Shown: one piece after another, positions 41,727 through 50,779 of the stretch
How positions within the stretch are numbered: the stretch's first letter is position 1
Layout: each line of letters starts with the position of its first letter
Virus record (IMG/VR): IMGVR_UViG_3300030419_003599
Span: 44,651 to 108,650 of that record
Direction: 5' to 3' (one strand)
DNA from: a virus
Length of the DNA: 64,000 nt
Position numbers and translations under genes: made by a program
Notes under the pieces: generated by a model
Seen by the model: the letters and a program-made list of their open reading frames with translations, nothing else
Database searches by the model: none
What the model was told of the DNA's origin: nothing

Positions 41727-41796
41727 GCACCACCTTTGGCGGGTTCCCGCAAATCTAGGGGGGGAGGGGGGGTAACAAAAATCTCGTGGGAGGTCA

Positions 41797-41907
41797 TCAC
41801 ACCATCACCCCCGCGCAATGAGGGCAAGGGAGTTCGGGTGCAATAGCGTTCTTACCATCACACTTACCCGCTTTGCACAATAGTAGCGATAAAGGGAACT
41901 CTTTCAC
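41797..41907 (-). CDS. 36-aa Cys-rich micro-protein, not in ORF track
   Basis: GTG overlaps the upstream TGA; CKAGKC...CPHC. Confidence 0.45.
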   Translation of the reverse strand: MKEFPLSLLLCKAGKCDGKNAIAPELPCPHCAGVMV

Positions 41908-42512
41908 GCTATCACCTCTCGTTCCTTCAACACACTCGCATCCAGTATCGCCATCTCCATCGGCACGGCCTCAACCTTGACGAGAGTGTCACCCGCACGG
42001 GTGCTCCATGTCATGTCCTTGATGTCCTGCACGACAGACTCAACTGCTTCTTTGTGCTTAGCATACTGCTCTTTCCAGTGCTTAGCCAGTTCCTTGTCGG
42101 TACTAATCGCCTTTTCTTGAGCCTCTATCATCGCATCAGCAATACGACCATAGGCTGCTTGAGCAAGTGGCCCCACCTGCTCTGGTGGTGCATCGGCGGG
42201 CACTATCATCTTCACAAGCATGTCAAGCAAAACACCGACCTGCAATCCAGTTGGCACTTTGTGGGGGATGCGCTGTCTCACATCAGGGCAGCGCCGATAG
42301 CCGTGACCATCCGTCTTACCGCCTGTGTGGGGCTCAGTATTGAGTAGGATTGTCGTACCAGTAAGCAGGTCTTGTACCAGCAACTGTGGGTCAGAGAAGG
42401 TATCACCTTCCCTGTCTGCGCGCGCCATCTCTTGCTTATGGATGACTGCCGCTAACTTGGAGAGAGCCTTACCTGCCCCGTCTGTCCATGGGAGTTCTGC
42501 CGCTTGCTTCAT
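41904..42512 (-). CDS. Hypothetical protein
   Basis: 202-aa coupled ORF. Confidence 0.7.
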   Translation of the reverse strand: MKQAAELPWTDGAGKALSKLAAVIHKQEMARADREGDTFSDPQLLVQDLLTGTTILLNTEPHTGGKTDGHGYRRCPDVRQRIPHKVPTGLQVGVLLDMLVKMIVPADAPPEQVGPLAQAAYGRIADAMIEAQEKAISTDKELAKHWKEQYAKHKEAVESVVQDIKDMTWSTRAGDTLVKVEAVPMEMAILDASVLKEREVIA

Positions 42513-44197
42513 GCCCCCACCCCTTTCTTACTGGGCAGGCCGATGTTACCTGCTCCTACATGCTCCTTGATTCGCATAACCTCTTCTATGTCGTAATCAT
42601 GTGTGTAGGGTTGGCGTGATATCAAGTAGTCTTCAGGTAGCGTGTTATCCTTACACATGGTCGCTACTTCTTGAGGAGTGAATCTGTTAGGCGACCCTTC
42701 TGGGAATGGTATTCTGTATGTTTCATTCCGTTGTGTCACGAAAAGAGTCTCTAGCGGAATGCCGCCAGCCGACTTATAGGACGCAGTCAAATGTGGTGAC
42801 GCGTCTATTATGAAATTAAGTGCCTTTTGCGGGTCGTTGAATATGAAAGGTAATGCATTCGTATTTCTGTTACCCCATTTGTCTATTGTTACATATGCTA
42901 CTTGAAAGGCGATAGGGGTGTTCTCTTCGGCAGACTGCCAGTAACCACTCATATTCCCGTCATGGATAAAGCACCAACCGTTTTCCACCTCACCATCTCT
43001 GCGCGCCAATTCTGCTATAACTGCATCACGCTCACGCTTCTGGATGATGCCAGCCCACCACTTCAAGCAATAATGACCACGGGTGCCGCGCTCTTCTTGA
43101 ACGGAGCGGGTCATTTGTACATCTGTATCTTCCATCTCCCCAGTCTCATTACCATCCTCATCTAACACCGCCCTTTGAATCATGACTGGCTCGCCTTCCT
43201 CATTTGTGACAGGCACTTCCACACTCTCATACCATGTTGAGCGCAACCAATCACGACTCTCTGTTCGGCAACGCTGGGCTGACTTACTTAGTTCCTTGAT
43301 TACATAGTCATCCTCAATGTGATTAGCCAAGAACTCGTCAGGGTCATCTAGGTCATAGAGATAGCGCATATGACCATTTGGATATCTAATCTCCCAACTG
43401 GCATCCCATTTTGCCCATTCCGTCTCTATGTATAGAGGGTTCTCATCATCATCCACCCAATACACTGGCACAGTCTCTTTCACTGGACCATCGTGGTGCA
43501 AACAAGGATTCTCTTCCCAACCGCACTCCCCTTTGTATTGACCAGTGCTTCTACCGAAATAACCGAACAAATGCCACCACTGCTCATCAGTATAGTGCTC
43601 AAGTAGCCACCGGATTTTCTGACCATGAGTAGTGCTGACATTAGTTCCATCTTCATTTTCCCACTTATCGTATGTTGGAGGCAGTTCCTCCTCACCATAT
43701 TGTTCTTGGATGTTTTCCATTTGTATAGTGAAGTACTTTTTACCCCTCTTGATATCATTCCCCACACCTATTTCTTTGTGCCTTATGCTTCCTAGTGGCT
43801 CATGGGACTTTTTCCTCCAATGATATTGCGCCTTTGGGTTATGTCCTTTGAACTCTAACATGAAGTACTCAGTCTTGTAGCCCGAAAACATGTCTGAACC
43901 GCATGACATTTGGCTCCTCACATTTAGTGTCTTGTGAGTATAAAGATAGTTGTACCCAGCAGCGCGCCGAGTTCGGTGATTAACCAAGTCCTTGGTGCGC
44001 GCTGTACCATCTGCACCCACATCGTACAGTTGGTCAATAAGCGCCGCATCGCACGGTAGAAGGTCTTTCTCTTGCGCCCACCAACCGCGCTTCATGCCAA
44101 TGGCCGCAGCCATCTCTTCTTGTTTCCGTTCATCTCTATCTGACACAACCCCACGGTTACGCCATTCACTCATGGTTGCTCTCAAATCTATGTACAT
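42509..44197 (-). CDS. Hypothetical acidic/aromatic-rich protein
   Basis: 562-aa ORF directly after promoter copy 6; GAGGTGG RBS. Confidence 0.75.
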   Translation of the reverse strand: MYIDLRATMSEWRNRGVVSDRDERKQEEMAAAIGMKRGWWAQEKDLLPCDAALIDQLYDVGADGTARTKDLVNHRTRRAAGYNYLYTHKTLNVRSQMSCGSDMFSGYKTEYFMLEFKGHNPKAQYHWRKKSHEPLGSIRHKEIGVGNDIKRGKKYFTIQMENIQEQYGEEELPPTYDKWENEDGTNVSTTHGQKIRWLLEHYTDEQWWHLFGYFGRSTGQYKGECGWEENPCLHHDGPVKETVPVYWVDDDENPLYIETEWAKWDASWEIRYPNGHMRYLYDLDDPDEFLANHIEDDYVIKELSKSAQRCRTESRDWLRSTWYESVEVPVTNEEGEPVMIQRAVLDEDGNETGEMEDTDVQMTRSVQEERGTRGHYCLKWWAGIIQKRERDAVIAELARRDGEVENGWCFIHDGNMSGYWQSAEENTPIAFQVAYVTIDKWGNRNTNALPFIFNDPQKALNFIIDASPHLTASYKSAGGIPLETLFVTQRNETYRIPFPEGSPNRFTPQEVATMCKDNTLPEDYLISRQPYTHDYDIEEVMRIKEHVGAGNIGLPSKKGVGA

Positions 44198-44224
44198 TTA
44201 TTCCACCTCTTGGTCAATTACTAT

Positions 44225-44245
44225 ATTGTTGATGGTTCTTAAAGG
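44225..44245 (-). promoter_or_regulatory. Conserved promoter motif copy 6
   Basis: + strand attgttgatggttcttaaagg. Confidence 0.8.
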
Positions 44246-44271
44246 AAAACTAGACTGGCGAAGGTGAGCAC

Positions 44272-44457
44272 TCATTCGCTATGATGCTCACAGTAATCAC
44301 CATTTATCGCCAACTTGCGACAACGACTCCGCCTGTTGGTTATACCCATACACCTATGGGATTCGGGGGCAGTCACTCTGCATTTGTGGCAAACATTTGA
44401 TTTGGGGCGGGGTGTCATCGTGTTGTTGCAGATTCTACACTTATGCTGCCCGACCAT
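44272..44457 (-). CDS. Small Cys/His-rich zinc-binding protein
   Basis: CRIC..CHKC followed by C.GIT....C......YCEHH. Confidence 0.65.
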   Translation of the reverse strand: MVGQHKCRICNNTMTPRPKSNVCHKCRVTAPESHRCMGITNRRSRCRKLAINGDYCEHHSE

Positions 44458-46739
44458 TATTCAACCTCTTCTATCAGAGGGAAGCCCTCATGCTCATGCA
44501 TCTTAGTGAGTAACGCTGATACAATACCAGCCCTCTCTACTTCATCCCCACCATCTAACACAGATTCCACTACCGCCCTCTTCTCTTCAATGATGCGGTC
44601 AAAGTGTTCGTCAATCGTGCCTGCGCACGACAGATAAACAGCATGTACACTGTCTGCTTCTTGCCCAATGCGGAGCACACGGTCTTCTGCTTGCACTTCC
44701 CATCCGGGCACCCACTCGCGCTCTACGAATATCACAGTATCAGCGGCGGTAAGAGTAATGCCTTCTTTGGCTGCTAGTGTGGAGCACACCAATACATCTA
44801 ACCCCCCGTCTTGGAACTCTTCCACATTCTCTGCCCTTCTATGAGAGGGGGTCTCACCAGTGATTGTCTCTACTCGGAGCCCCCCCTCAAGGAGGCTTTC
44901 TTCAATAGCCTGTGATACATCACGGTGATGAGCATAAACCACTATTGGCTTACCTGTTAAGTCGTGGTAATCCATGACCCATTGGGTACAGAAACGCACT
45001 TTCATGCGTCCGCACACATGCCGCAAATCTGTGAGCATGTTAAGCACGAACCCCGGCGGCATCCCTCCACCACTTTGGTAACGCTCATACCTAGACATCC
45101 AATCAAGCCTTGATTGCATATACTCTTTCAACTCACTACTCTCCATCTGCACAGGTACGAACGAACGAGTCTTTGTTGGTAGTTCTTTGAGGACTTCCGC
45201 CTTCAAGCGTCTAATGGTGAAGTCACGAATGCGCTCATTCAACTCACGAGTGTTAGATGCGCCGCTGTAATCCCAACCGTACCCATTGTGGTAGGCGTTA
45301 GTATAACGCTGTTTGAATTGATATTCATTGGAGAACTGAGAGGGGCGTAGTAAATTGAGCGTAGTGTAGAACTCCATAGGTCTGTTAGTGATTGCTGTCC
45401 CACTTAAGCAAAGGACGGCTTCACAGGTGTTGGCTAGATGGAGAGTGGCTCTACTCCGTTTGGTGTCCTTGTTCTTCAAGTAGTGACTCTCATCTATGAT
45501 GCACATATTCACCCCTGCTACTTGTAAATCATCCGCCCTTTTGTACATGAGGTCGTAATTGATGACGATGAAATCGGTGTCTTGTATGGCATCCTTCCCA
45601 TTCTTTACCACCGAGCAGGTGGCGTCGGGTAACCATGCTTCTATCTCCTTAGCCCAATTGAACTTGACATTCGCTGGACAGACTACTGCCACCGGCCATT
45701 GCTCTGGGTGCAAAGCAGCGTAGGCAAGTGCCTGTATGGTTTTACCAATACCCATATCATCGCCGATAAGACACCGACCACCAGCCAGTTCAGCGAAGGC
45801 CACTCCAGCATATTGGAATGGGTAGAGACTCTTGCCTTCGGGGAATACTTTACTCAAGCGTTCGGCGATGGAGGCTTTCAACTCCTCATCATCAAGGTCT
45901 GCTGCTTGAGACAGAGCCACTCTTTTGAGTGCCCCTTCCAGATACTCTTCTACTTCAGGCACTCCCTTGATAGCATCAGCCAATGGCTGATAATAACCAT
46001 CCAGTTCTTTGAATAGGGTGTGCCCGTGTGACACAGGGATTGTCCAATGTTTCTCATCCATGTTGAACTTACGCCCGGGTATGCTCTTCACCTTCAAACG
46101 CACGCCATCCCTAAGTTCAGGGTCAGGGATGAACGGCCAATTGAGAATCAAATTATCCTTATTGATTGAAGCAGTAGCATCTACCTGCTTACGGGTGACC
46201 TTGGCTTTAGTGGAGGAGGGGCTTGGAGATGCAAACCCTTGGCTCCCATACCCCTCCTCCGTTAAGAGCCAAGGTGAAAAATCAAAATTGTGATGACGCA
46301 GTATCTCTACTGCTGTTCGGATGACTTCTTCGTCATCCATAATAGACCAAACCTTCATGCCTCTCTCAAATGTGCAGCGAGGCCAAGGCAAGGCGTGCTT
46401 TAACGCCTCTTGCGCCTCTTGATTATACGGCATGTGCAATGCTATGCGTGGGCCATATCTATCCTCGTACCGCATGACGCTGATAATTGGAGTGTCCGCT
46501 ACTGGTTGTCGGCTAAACTCAAGCAAGGCTTCGGCATCAAACTCAATGCCTAGTTCCTTAACAATGTCTGGCAACTGGGTGTCGCTATATTTGACGAGCC
46601 TCTTGGCTGTGAGAATTGCCTGCTGAGTAGTGATGTGAGGTAAGAATGAAACGCGGTAAAGCGGGAGGTAGTCCGGTTTGTTCGGGGCAATATGATTAAC
46701 AAGTGACCGCGTAAGTTTTAGGATGGTGTCGTTATTCAT
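44457..46739 (-). CDS. SNF2-family helicase with N-terminal HARP-like domains (SMARCAL1-type)
   Basis: LYPFQ, DDMGIGKT, DESH, LSGTAITN, EGITLT, QAEDRVLRIGQ; two N-terminal units of the form PY/PF...K...F....W.I. Confidence 0.9.
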   Translation of the reverse strand: MNNDTILKLTRSLVNHIAPNKPDYLPLYRVSFLPHITTQQAILTAKRLVKYSDTQLPDIVKELGIEFDAEALLEFSRQPVADTPIISVMRYEDRYGPRIALHMPYNQEAQEALKHALPWPRCTFERGMKVWSIMDDEEVIRTAVEILRHHNFDFSPWLLTEEGYGSQGFASPSPSSTKAKVTRKQVDATASINKDNLILNWPFIPDPELRDGVRLKVKSIPGRKFNMDEKHWTIPVSHGHTLFKELDGYYQPLADAIKGVPEVEEYLEGALKRVALSQAADLDDEELKASIAERLSKVFPEGKSLYPFQYAGVAFAELAGGRCLIGDDMGIGKTIQALAYAALHPEQWPVAVVCPANVKFNWAKEIEAWLPDATCSVVKNGKDAIQDTDFIVINYDLMYKRADDLQVAGVNMCIIDESHYLKNKDTKRSRATLHLANTCEAVLCLSGTAITNRPMEFYTTLNLLRPSQFSNEYQFKQRYTNAYHNGYGWDYSGASNTRELNERIRDFTIRRLKAEVLKELPTKTRSFVPVQMESSELKEYMQSRLDWMSRYERYQSGGGMPPGFVLNMLTDLRHVCGRMKVRFCTQWVMDYHDLTGKPIVVYAHHRDVSQAIEESLLEGGLRVETITGETPSHRRAENVEEFQDGGLDVLVCSTLAAKEGITLTAADTVIFVEREWVPGWEVQAEDRVLRIGQEADSVHAVYLSCAGTIDEHFDRIIEEKRAVVESVLDGGDEVERAGIVSALLTKMHEHEGFPLIEEVE

Positions 46740-46741
46740 GC

Positions 46742-47104
46742 TTAGCACTGCCTGTAAATATAGATGTAGCCCTTGAGGTCTTCGTCTTCTATTTGGTAAT
46801 AGTCCATCAGCAACTGTTGCGCCACCCAATCCCAATCAATTGTATTGACAATGAATGCAGGCAGGGCTTCAAGTTCAGTGTAATAGATTTCCTCGCACAT
46901 CTCCTGAGCCCAATCCTTGAGGTCGCCCTTATAACCTTCCCACTCAAACGCTTCTTCTGCGTCCTCATAGGTAGAGAAACCAATCTCTTCTATGGCTTGG
47001 ATGTGATGGTATAAGCAGCCGCAGAGGTCATCTTCCTCTTCACAATGCTTACAGTATCTTTTGTTTATCCATCGCCCAACATTGTCTATTTCTTTTTTGC
47101 TCAT
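46742..47104 (-). CDS. ArdA-like antirestriction (DNA mimic) domain protein
   Basis: Very acidic; YKG..KDWAQE..EE......LP.FI...IDWD.VAQQL..DY pattern resembles the ArdA C-terminus. Confidence 0.6.
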   Translation of the reverse strand: MSKKEIDNVGRWINKRYCKHCEEEDDLCGCLYHHIQAIEEIGFSTYEDAEEAFEWEGYKGDLKDWAQEMCEEIYYTELEALPAFIVNTIDWDWVAQQLLMDYYQIEDEDLKGYIYIYRQC

Positions 47105-47349
47105 TCTTTCACCTCAAATCCATTTCTCTCCAAGCACTCATCACAACAGTACTTACCATCGGGATGACAAATATCATATTGCTGATACCATTCAAGTTCT
47201 TCACGCAACCGCTTGACTTCTGCGAGCAGTAGTGGTGCGTCTTGCATGAGTTCTTTGTCTACATCATTCAATGTCGCAGGTAATCCAATCCAGTCTATCC
47301 ACACCCAATGAGGGGGCGTATGTCCTTCATATTTGTCTGTGTCAATCAT
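47101..47349 (-). CDS. MIDTDK-family mini-protein 1
   Basis: MIDTDKYEGHT...DAPLLLAEVKRLRE. Confidence 0.75.
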   Translation of the reverse strand: MIDTDKYEGHTPPHWVWIDWIGLPATLNDVDKELMQDAPLLLAEVKRLREELEWYQQYDICHPDGKYCCDECLERNGFEVKE

Positions 47350-47663
47350 TCTTCTTCCTCTCCATGATATTGTGCTTCTATCCCTTTAGCAAGGTCAGCA
47401 TAAACTTCACACATCTGTTCCATCCATCCTTCTCTTCCCATGTAGTTTTCATTCCACCACACTTGAACTGTCCAAGCCATGCTATTCTGTATGCTCTCAA
47501 GTTTTTCACGCAACCGCTTGACTTCTGCGAGTAGGTCTTTGTATTCATCTCGGTAGTATCGCAATATGTCATAGTTGCCTTCGGATATATCCACGCCAAC
47601 TTCAATCTCTCTCAATACATCATCAAACTCAATCTGTCCTTCGTGTTTGTCTGTGTCAATCAT
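47346..47663 (-). CDS. MIDTDK-family mini-protein 2
   Basis: Likely start is ATG 47663 after GGTGA; MIDTDKHEG...LLAEVKRLRE. Confidence 0.75.
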   Translation of the reverse strand: MIDTDKHEGQIEFDDVLREIEVGVDISEGNYDILRYYRDEYKDLLAEVKRLREKLESIQNSMAWTVQVWWNENYMGREGWMEQMCEVYADLAKGIEAQYHGEEEE

Positions 47664-47664
47664 T

Positions 47665-47850
47665 TCAATCACCCCAATATGCAATATCTTCTTCGTCAAG
47701 ACCATCGTAGCCTTGATGCTTCATGGCAATCAATTTGTCAGCGCAGTAATGATGATACGGTGTTCCGCATGTAGTCATCGTTGCTTCCCCTTCAATTGCT
47801 TCTTCGCAGTAAGCGCAGGTGTGTCCTTCGTGTTTGTCTGTGTCAATCAT
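47665..47850 (-). CDS. MIDTDK-family mini-protein 3 (CAYC...HHYC)
   Basis: MIDTDKHEGHT followed by a zinc-finger-like segment. Confidence 0.7.
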   Translation of the reverse strand: MIDTDKHEGHTCAYCEEAIEGEATMTTCGTPYHHYCADKLIAMKHQGYDGLDEEDIAYWGD

Positions 47851-48137
47851 TCTTCATTCCTCCAAGGCATCTCCGCTACCAATTCATCAAGTGTCATGTG
47901 TGGCTCACCTACAATGTGTAGGTACAATTCATCAGCGACAAGTCGCAACCGCTTGTACGCTTCAAGGAGAAGTGGTGCGTCTGCGGCAAGTTCAGCATCA
48001 ACCGTTGTTGCGCCTACTATGTCAAACAGATACGCTTCTGCATCATCTCCCATTGGTTCAGACCGAATGGTATTGTTGCTGTGCATCCTATACCACGGCG
48101 CAGGTGTATGTCCTTCGTATTTGTCTGTGTCAATCAT
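47847..48137 (-). CDS. MIDTDK-family mini-protein 4 (HTPAPW...DAPLLL)
   Basis: Resembles the common phage HTPGPW...APELL small-protein pattern. Confidence 0.75.
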   Translation of the reverse strand: MIDTDKYEGHTPAPWYRMHSNNTIRSEPMGDDAEAYLFDIVGATTVDAELAADAPLLLEAYKRLRLVADELYLHIVGEPHMTLDELVAEMPWRNEE

Positions 48138-48379
48138 TCAATCCTCTCCTTTATTTCCGTAAGAGTTAGTCCTTCTTTCAACGCCAACTCTAAAGCAGGG
48201 TGAGGTTGCCTTTGTTCAACATAAATCATCACTTCACGCAATCGTTTGACTTCTGCGAGTAGTTCATCGTAAGTATTGAGGTGTCTTTTCCATGCCGCTT
48301 CATCTTCTTCACACATTGGGTCTGCAATGAAGTCAAGCAATAGTTGCCTCATGTTTTGGTATTTGTTTGTGTCAATCAT
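48134..48379 (-). CDS. MIDTDK-family mini-protein 5
   Basis: MIDTNKYQNMRQL...DELLAEVKRLRE. Confidence 0.75.
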   Translation of the reverse strand: MIDTNKYQNMRQLLLDFIADPMCEEDEAAWKRHLNTYDELLAEVKRLREVMIYVEQRQPHPALELALKEGLTLTEIKERIE

Positions 48380-48600
48380 TCAATCACCTTCTCCAATTCG
48401 TTTCGCCAATGTCGCCAATCCTCATCCATACCTTTAGCGATATTGTCAATCGCTTCACGCAACCGCTTGACTTCTGCGAGCAGTTCATCAAGCATTGTTA
48501 GTTTGTCTTTCCATGCTCCCTCATCCACTTCATCACTCGCAGAATCTATGAAGTCAAGAAATAGTTGTCTCATGTTTTCGTGTTTGTCTGTATCAATCAT
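48376..48600 (-). CDS. MIDTDK-family mini-protein 6
   Basis: MIDTDKHENMRQL...DELLAEVKRLRE. Confidence 0.75.
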   Translation of the reverse strand: MIDTDKHENMRQLFLDFIDSASDEVDEGAWKDKLTMLDELLAEVKRLREAIDNIAKGMDEDWRHWRNELEKVIE

Positions 48601-48830
48601 TCTTCTTCACCATATCCTTCAATTGAACTTGCACAAGTATAACCCAACTCAACCTTTAGCCTTGCAGTTATGTATGCAATAGATTTCCAACCAATGTTTT
48701 CGCTTTCACGAATCATTAGTTCTGTTTTTTCTCTAAGCAAGTCCTCATACTGTTGTTCAAGGTCGCTTTCACTCATGCTGGTTATCTCAAAGTTATCTAT
48801 CCATAGTTCTATCTCTTCTGCTATATTCAT
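48597..48830 (-). CDS. Hypothetical acidic protein
   Basis: ATGA-coupled. Confidence 0.65.
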   Translation of the reverse strand: MNIAEEIELWIDNFEITSMSESDLEQQYEDLLREKTELMIRESENIGWKSIAYITARLKVELGYTCASSIEGYGEEE

Positions 48831-48997
48831 TCTTCCTCATCCTCACATTCTATGTCTATGTGTTCAGCATCAAACAAGTAACCATCAAAAGGATGGCCTA
48901 TTATTTCATGGACTACCCATAGTTTTGCTTCAATATCTTCTGCGCATTCTGCTTCAACTTCTCCAGTATAAGTCACTGTGACTGTGAAGGTTTTCAT
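48827..48997 (-). CDS. 56-aa acidic protein, not in ORF track
   Basis: MKTFTVTVTY...CEDEEE; fills the gap with ATGA overlaps at both ends. Confidence 0.65.
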   Translation of the reverse strand: MKTFTVTVTYTGEVEAECAEDIEAKLWVVHEIIGHPFDGYLFDAEHIDIECEDEEE

Positions 48998-49233
48998 GCT
49001 GGCACCTCATCTTTTTTGTGATACCATATTGTTTGGTGGCCATCATATAAGACAATAATAATATCATCTTCATCAATACCCCAATTATTCATTAAGAACG
49101 GGACATTAGTTTCTGGGCAGGATGATGCAAACATAACATATCCTTTTGCTGGCGGGTCAAGTTTATCTCTAGCATCCCATAGTATTGTTTCACAAAAACT
49201 ACCTTGTTGCATTAAGTGATAATACTCACTCAC
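48994..49233 (-). CDS. Hypothetical protein
   Basis: Coupled ORF. Confidence 0.6.
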   Translation of the reverse strand: MSEYYHLMQQGSFCETILWDARDKLDPPAKGYVMFASSCPETNVPFLMNNWGIDEDDIIIVLYDGHQTIWYHKKDEVPA

Positions 49234-49433
49234 TCTTCTTCACCTACCTCTGTCCGCACTTCAGGTATAGCGAGGGGCTCAATGCGTAGCACGAATTGTG
49301 CGCCAATCCATGATACTATGATTCCTTCTCCATCTTCGGTCATACCTATGCGTTTCAAGTGCTCGTCATCTTGACACCTATGAAGTGCCTCATGTACTCT
49401 ACCCAACATTATCCGTGCTATTGCATCCATCAT
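49230..49433 (-). CDS. Hypothetical protein
   Basis: First ORF after promoter copy 7. Confidence 0.6.
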   Translation of the reverse strand: MMDAIARIMLGRVHEALHRCQDDEHLKRIGMTEDGEGIIVSWIGAQFVLRIEPLAIPEVRTEVGEEE

Positions 49434-49466
49434 CTATCTCTCCAACAGTTTTCTGTCAGAGTTATT

Positions 49467-49487
49467 ATTGTTGATGGTTCTTAAAGG
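49467..49487 (-). promoter_or_regulatory. Conserved promoter motif copy 7
   Basis: + strand attgttgatggttcttaaagg. Confidence 0.8.
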
Positions 49488-49492
49488 AATAA

Positions 49493-49774
49493 TCAATACT
49501 CGTAGTTACCTGAGTGACCGGCAAATTGGCTAGTATCAACACGATACGCCCCTCCATCTTGAGTAGTCATACTAGGTGGTAAAGTAGTATCTGGTTGAGG
49601 GGGTGTGGGTTGAGCGACAGGAGCCACAGGTTGAGGTTCGGGCTCGGGGGTGGGGGTCAGAGGCTCACGCAACAAAGGCATGGCCTCTTGTAAAGCCCTA
49701 ACCATTAGGGCGAGAGCATCCTTCAATCGGTTGTTCTCATCCTCCAATCGCTTCACTTCGTCACTCAATCCCAC
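49493..49774 (-). CDS. Hypothetical coiled-coil/Pro-rich protein
   Basis: SDEVKRLEDE followed by a PT/PE linker. Confidence 0.6.
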   Translation of the reverse strand: MGLSDEVKRLEDENNRLKDALALMVRALQEAMPLLREPLTPTPEPEPQPVAPVAQPTPPQPDTTLPPSMTTQDGGAYRVDTSQFAGHSGNYEY

Positions 49775-49801
49775 AATTGCCCTCTCCAGAGGCTCAACAT
49801 A

Positions 49802-50188
49802 TTACTCTTCCCCATGAAAGAATGTTTGAATGACCTCTAAATCGGCAAGGCCATTGTGTAGTTCGGATATATCGCGCTCACCTGCTATCCATTCTGCTGT
49901 CATCTTGATGACTTCAAGGTGATAGGGATTCCAATCGTCATACCATGAGAGTTCTCCCATAGGCAGACATTCTAAGGAGCATTCGCATAAGACAACGCGC
50001 CCGCTTGAAGAACAACCAAGGGCAAACTTGCCCTTGCTCTCACCCTTTATCACTACATCATCATACGGGCGCACCGTTAAACGGTGACGCTCCCATTCCA
50101 ATTCTTCTTCTCTATCATGTGTAACTTCATAGTCCGACATGGCAAGGAGAAAATGGCGAGGGTACTTAAAAGAATCAATTTTCATCAA
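49802..50188 (-). CDS. Hypothetical protein
   Basis: 128-aa ORF in a co-oriented cluster. Confidence 0.6.
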   Translation of the reverse strand: MMKIDSFKYPRHFLLAMSDYEVTHDREEELEWERHRLTVRPYDDVVIKGESKGKFALGCSSSGRVVLCECSLECLPMGELSWYDDWNPYHLEVIKMTAEWIAGERDISELHNGLADLEVIQTFFHGEE

Positions 50189-50483
50189 TGTCTTTCGCTA
50201 TGAGTTCTTTCAAGTCATCTGCATCATAATCTTCATGTTCTTCTGGCAGGTACTTTATCCTCTTTTGAGCCATCTTCAATATCATCTCTCGTATATTACA
50301 GACCGCTTTGGCGAATCTTTTTCTGGCGTGAGCATCCTTGTAGTTACCTTTACCGTCACCGAAAGGGTCTCCCCCACATAATGAATAGAAATCAACATCT
50401 AGTTTGTCAAAATCTGTAATCAAAATGCTCTTGAGTATCTCATACTCGGCGTGCTTTATGCTCGCCGCCCTCACTCTTTCCAC
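50175..50483 (-). CDS. Hypothetical protein
   Basis: 102-aa ORF in the cluster. Confidence 0.6.
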   Translation of the reverse strand: MERVRAASIKHAEYEILKSILITDFDKLDVDFYSLCGGDPFGDGKGNYKDAHARKRFAKAVCNIREMILKMAQKRIKYLPEEHEDYDADDLKELIAKDIDEN

Positions 50484-50779
50484 TCCTCGTAACTACCATC
50501 CACATTTACCATGACTGTATCGGGGTATTTGATATCCACATTATCAAAAGCGTATTCCACATCAGATACATACTCCTCAATCATCTCACCATTAGCAAGA
50601 GTCATGTAGAGTGTTCCATACTTCACATAAAACTGAACAACTTGCTCGCCCTTATCCTTGGCCTCTTGTGTCCAGTAGTATGCGTTACCTAGTTCCGCTA
50701 CATCAAACGCGGCGTGTGTAGTGAAATGTAATTCCACTTGCAGTACTTTCGTTATATCTATTTCCTTATTTTCATTCAT
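50471..50779 (-). CDS. Hypothetical acidic protein
   Basis: 102-aa ATGA-coupled ORF. Confidence 0.65.
   Translation of the reverse strand: MNENKEIDITKVLQVELHFTTHAAFDVAELGNAYYWTQEAKDKGEQVVQFYVKYGTLYMTLANGEMIEEYVSDVEYAFDNVDIKYPDTVMVNVDGSYEEWKE

Larger units (their letters stand above)
47200..48600. repeat. Interspersed nucleotide repeats A (tttgtctgtgtcaatcat, 6 copies) and B (ttcacgcaaccgcttgacttctgcgag, 4 near-exact copies plus variants)
   Basis: A ends at 47349, 47663, 47850, 48137, 48379, 48600. B at 47200, 47505, 48233, 48454; variants near 47944, 50899, 51060, 54016. Confidence 0.9.

Noticed and set aside
47200-48600. Repeats as a CRISPR or mini-CRISPR array
   Set aside because: Spacing is irregular and long (about 190-310 bp between like repeats), and the repeats are in-frame parts of coding sequences.
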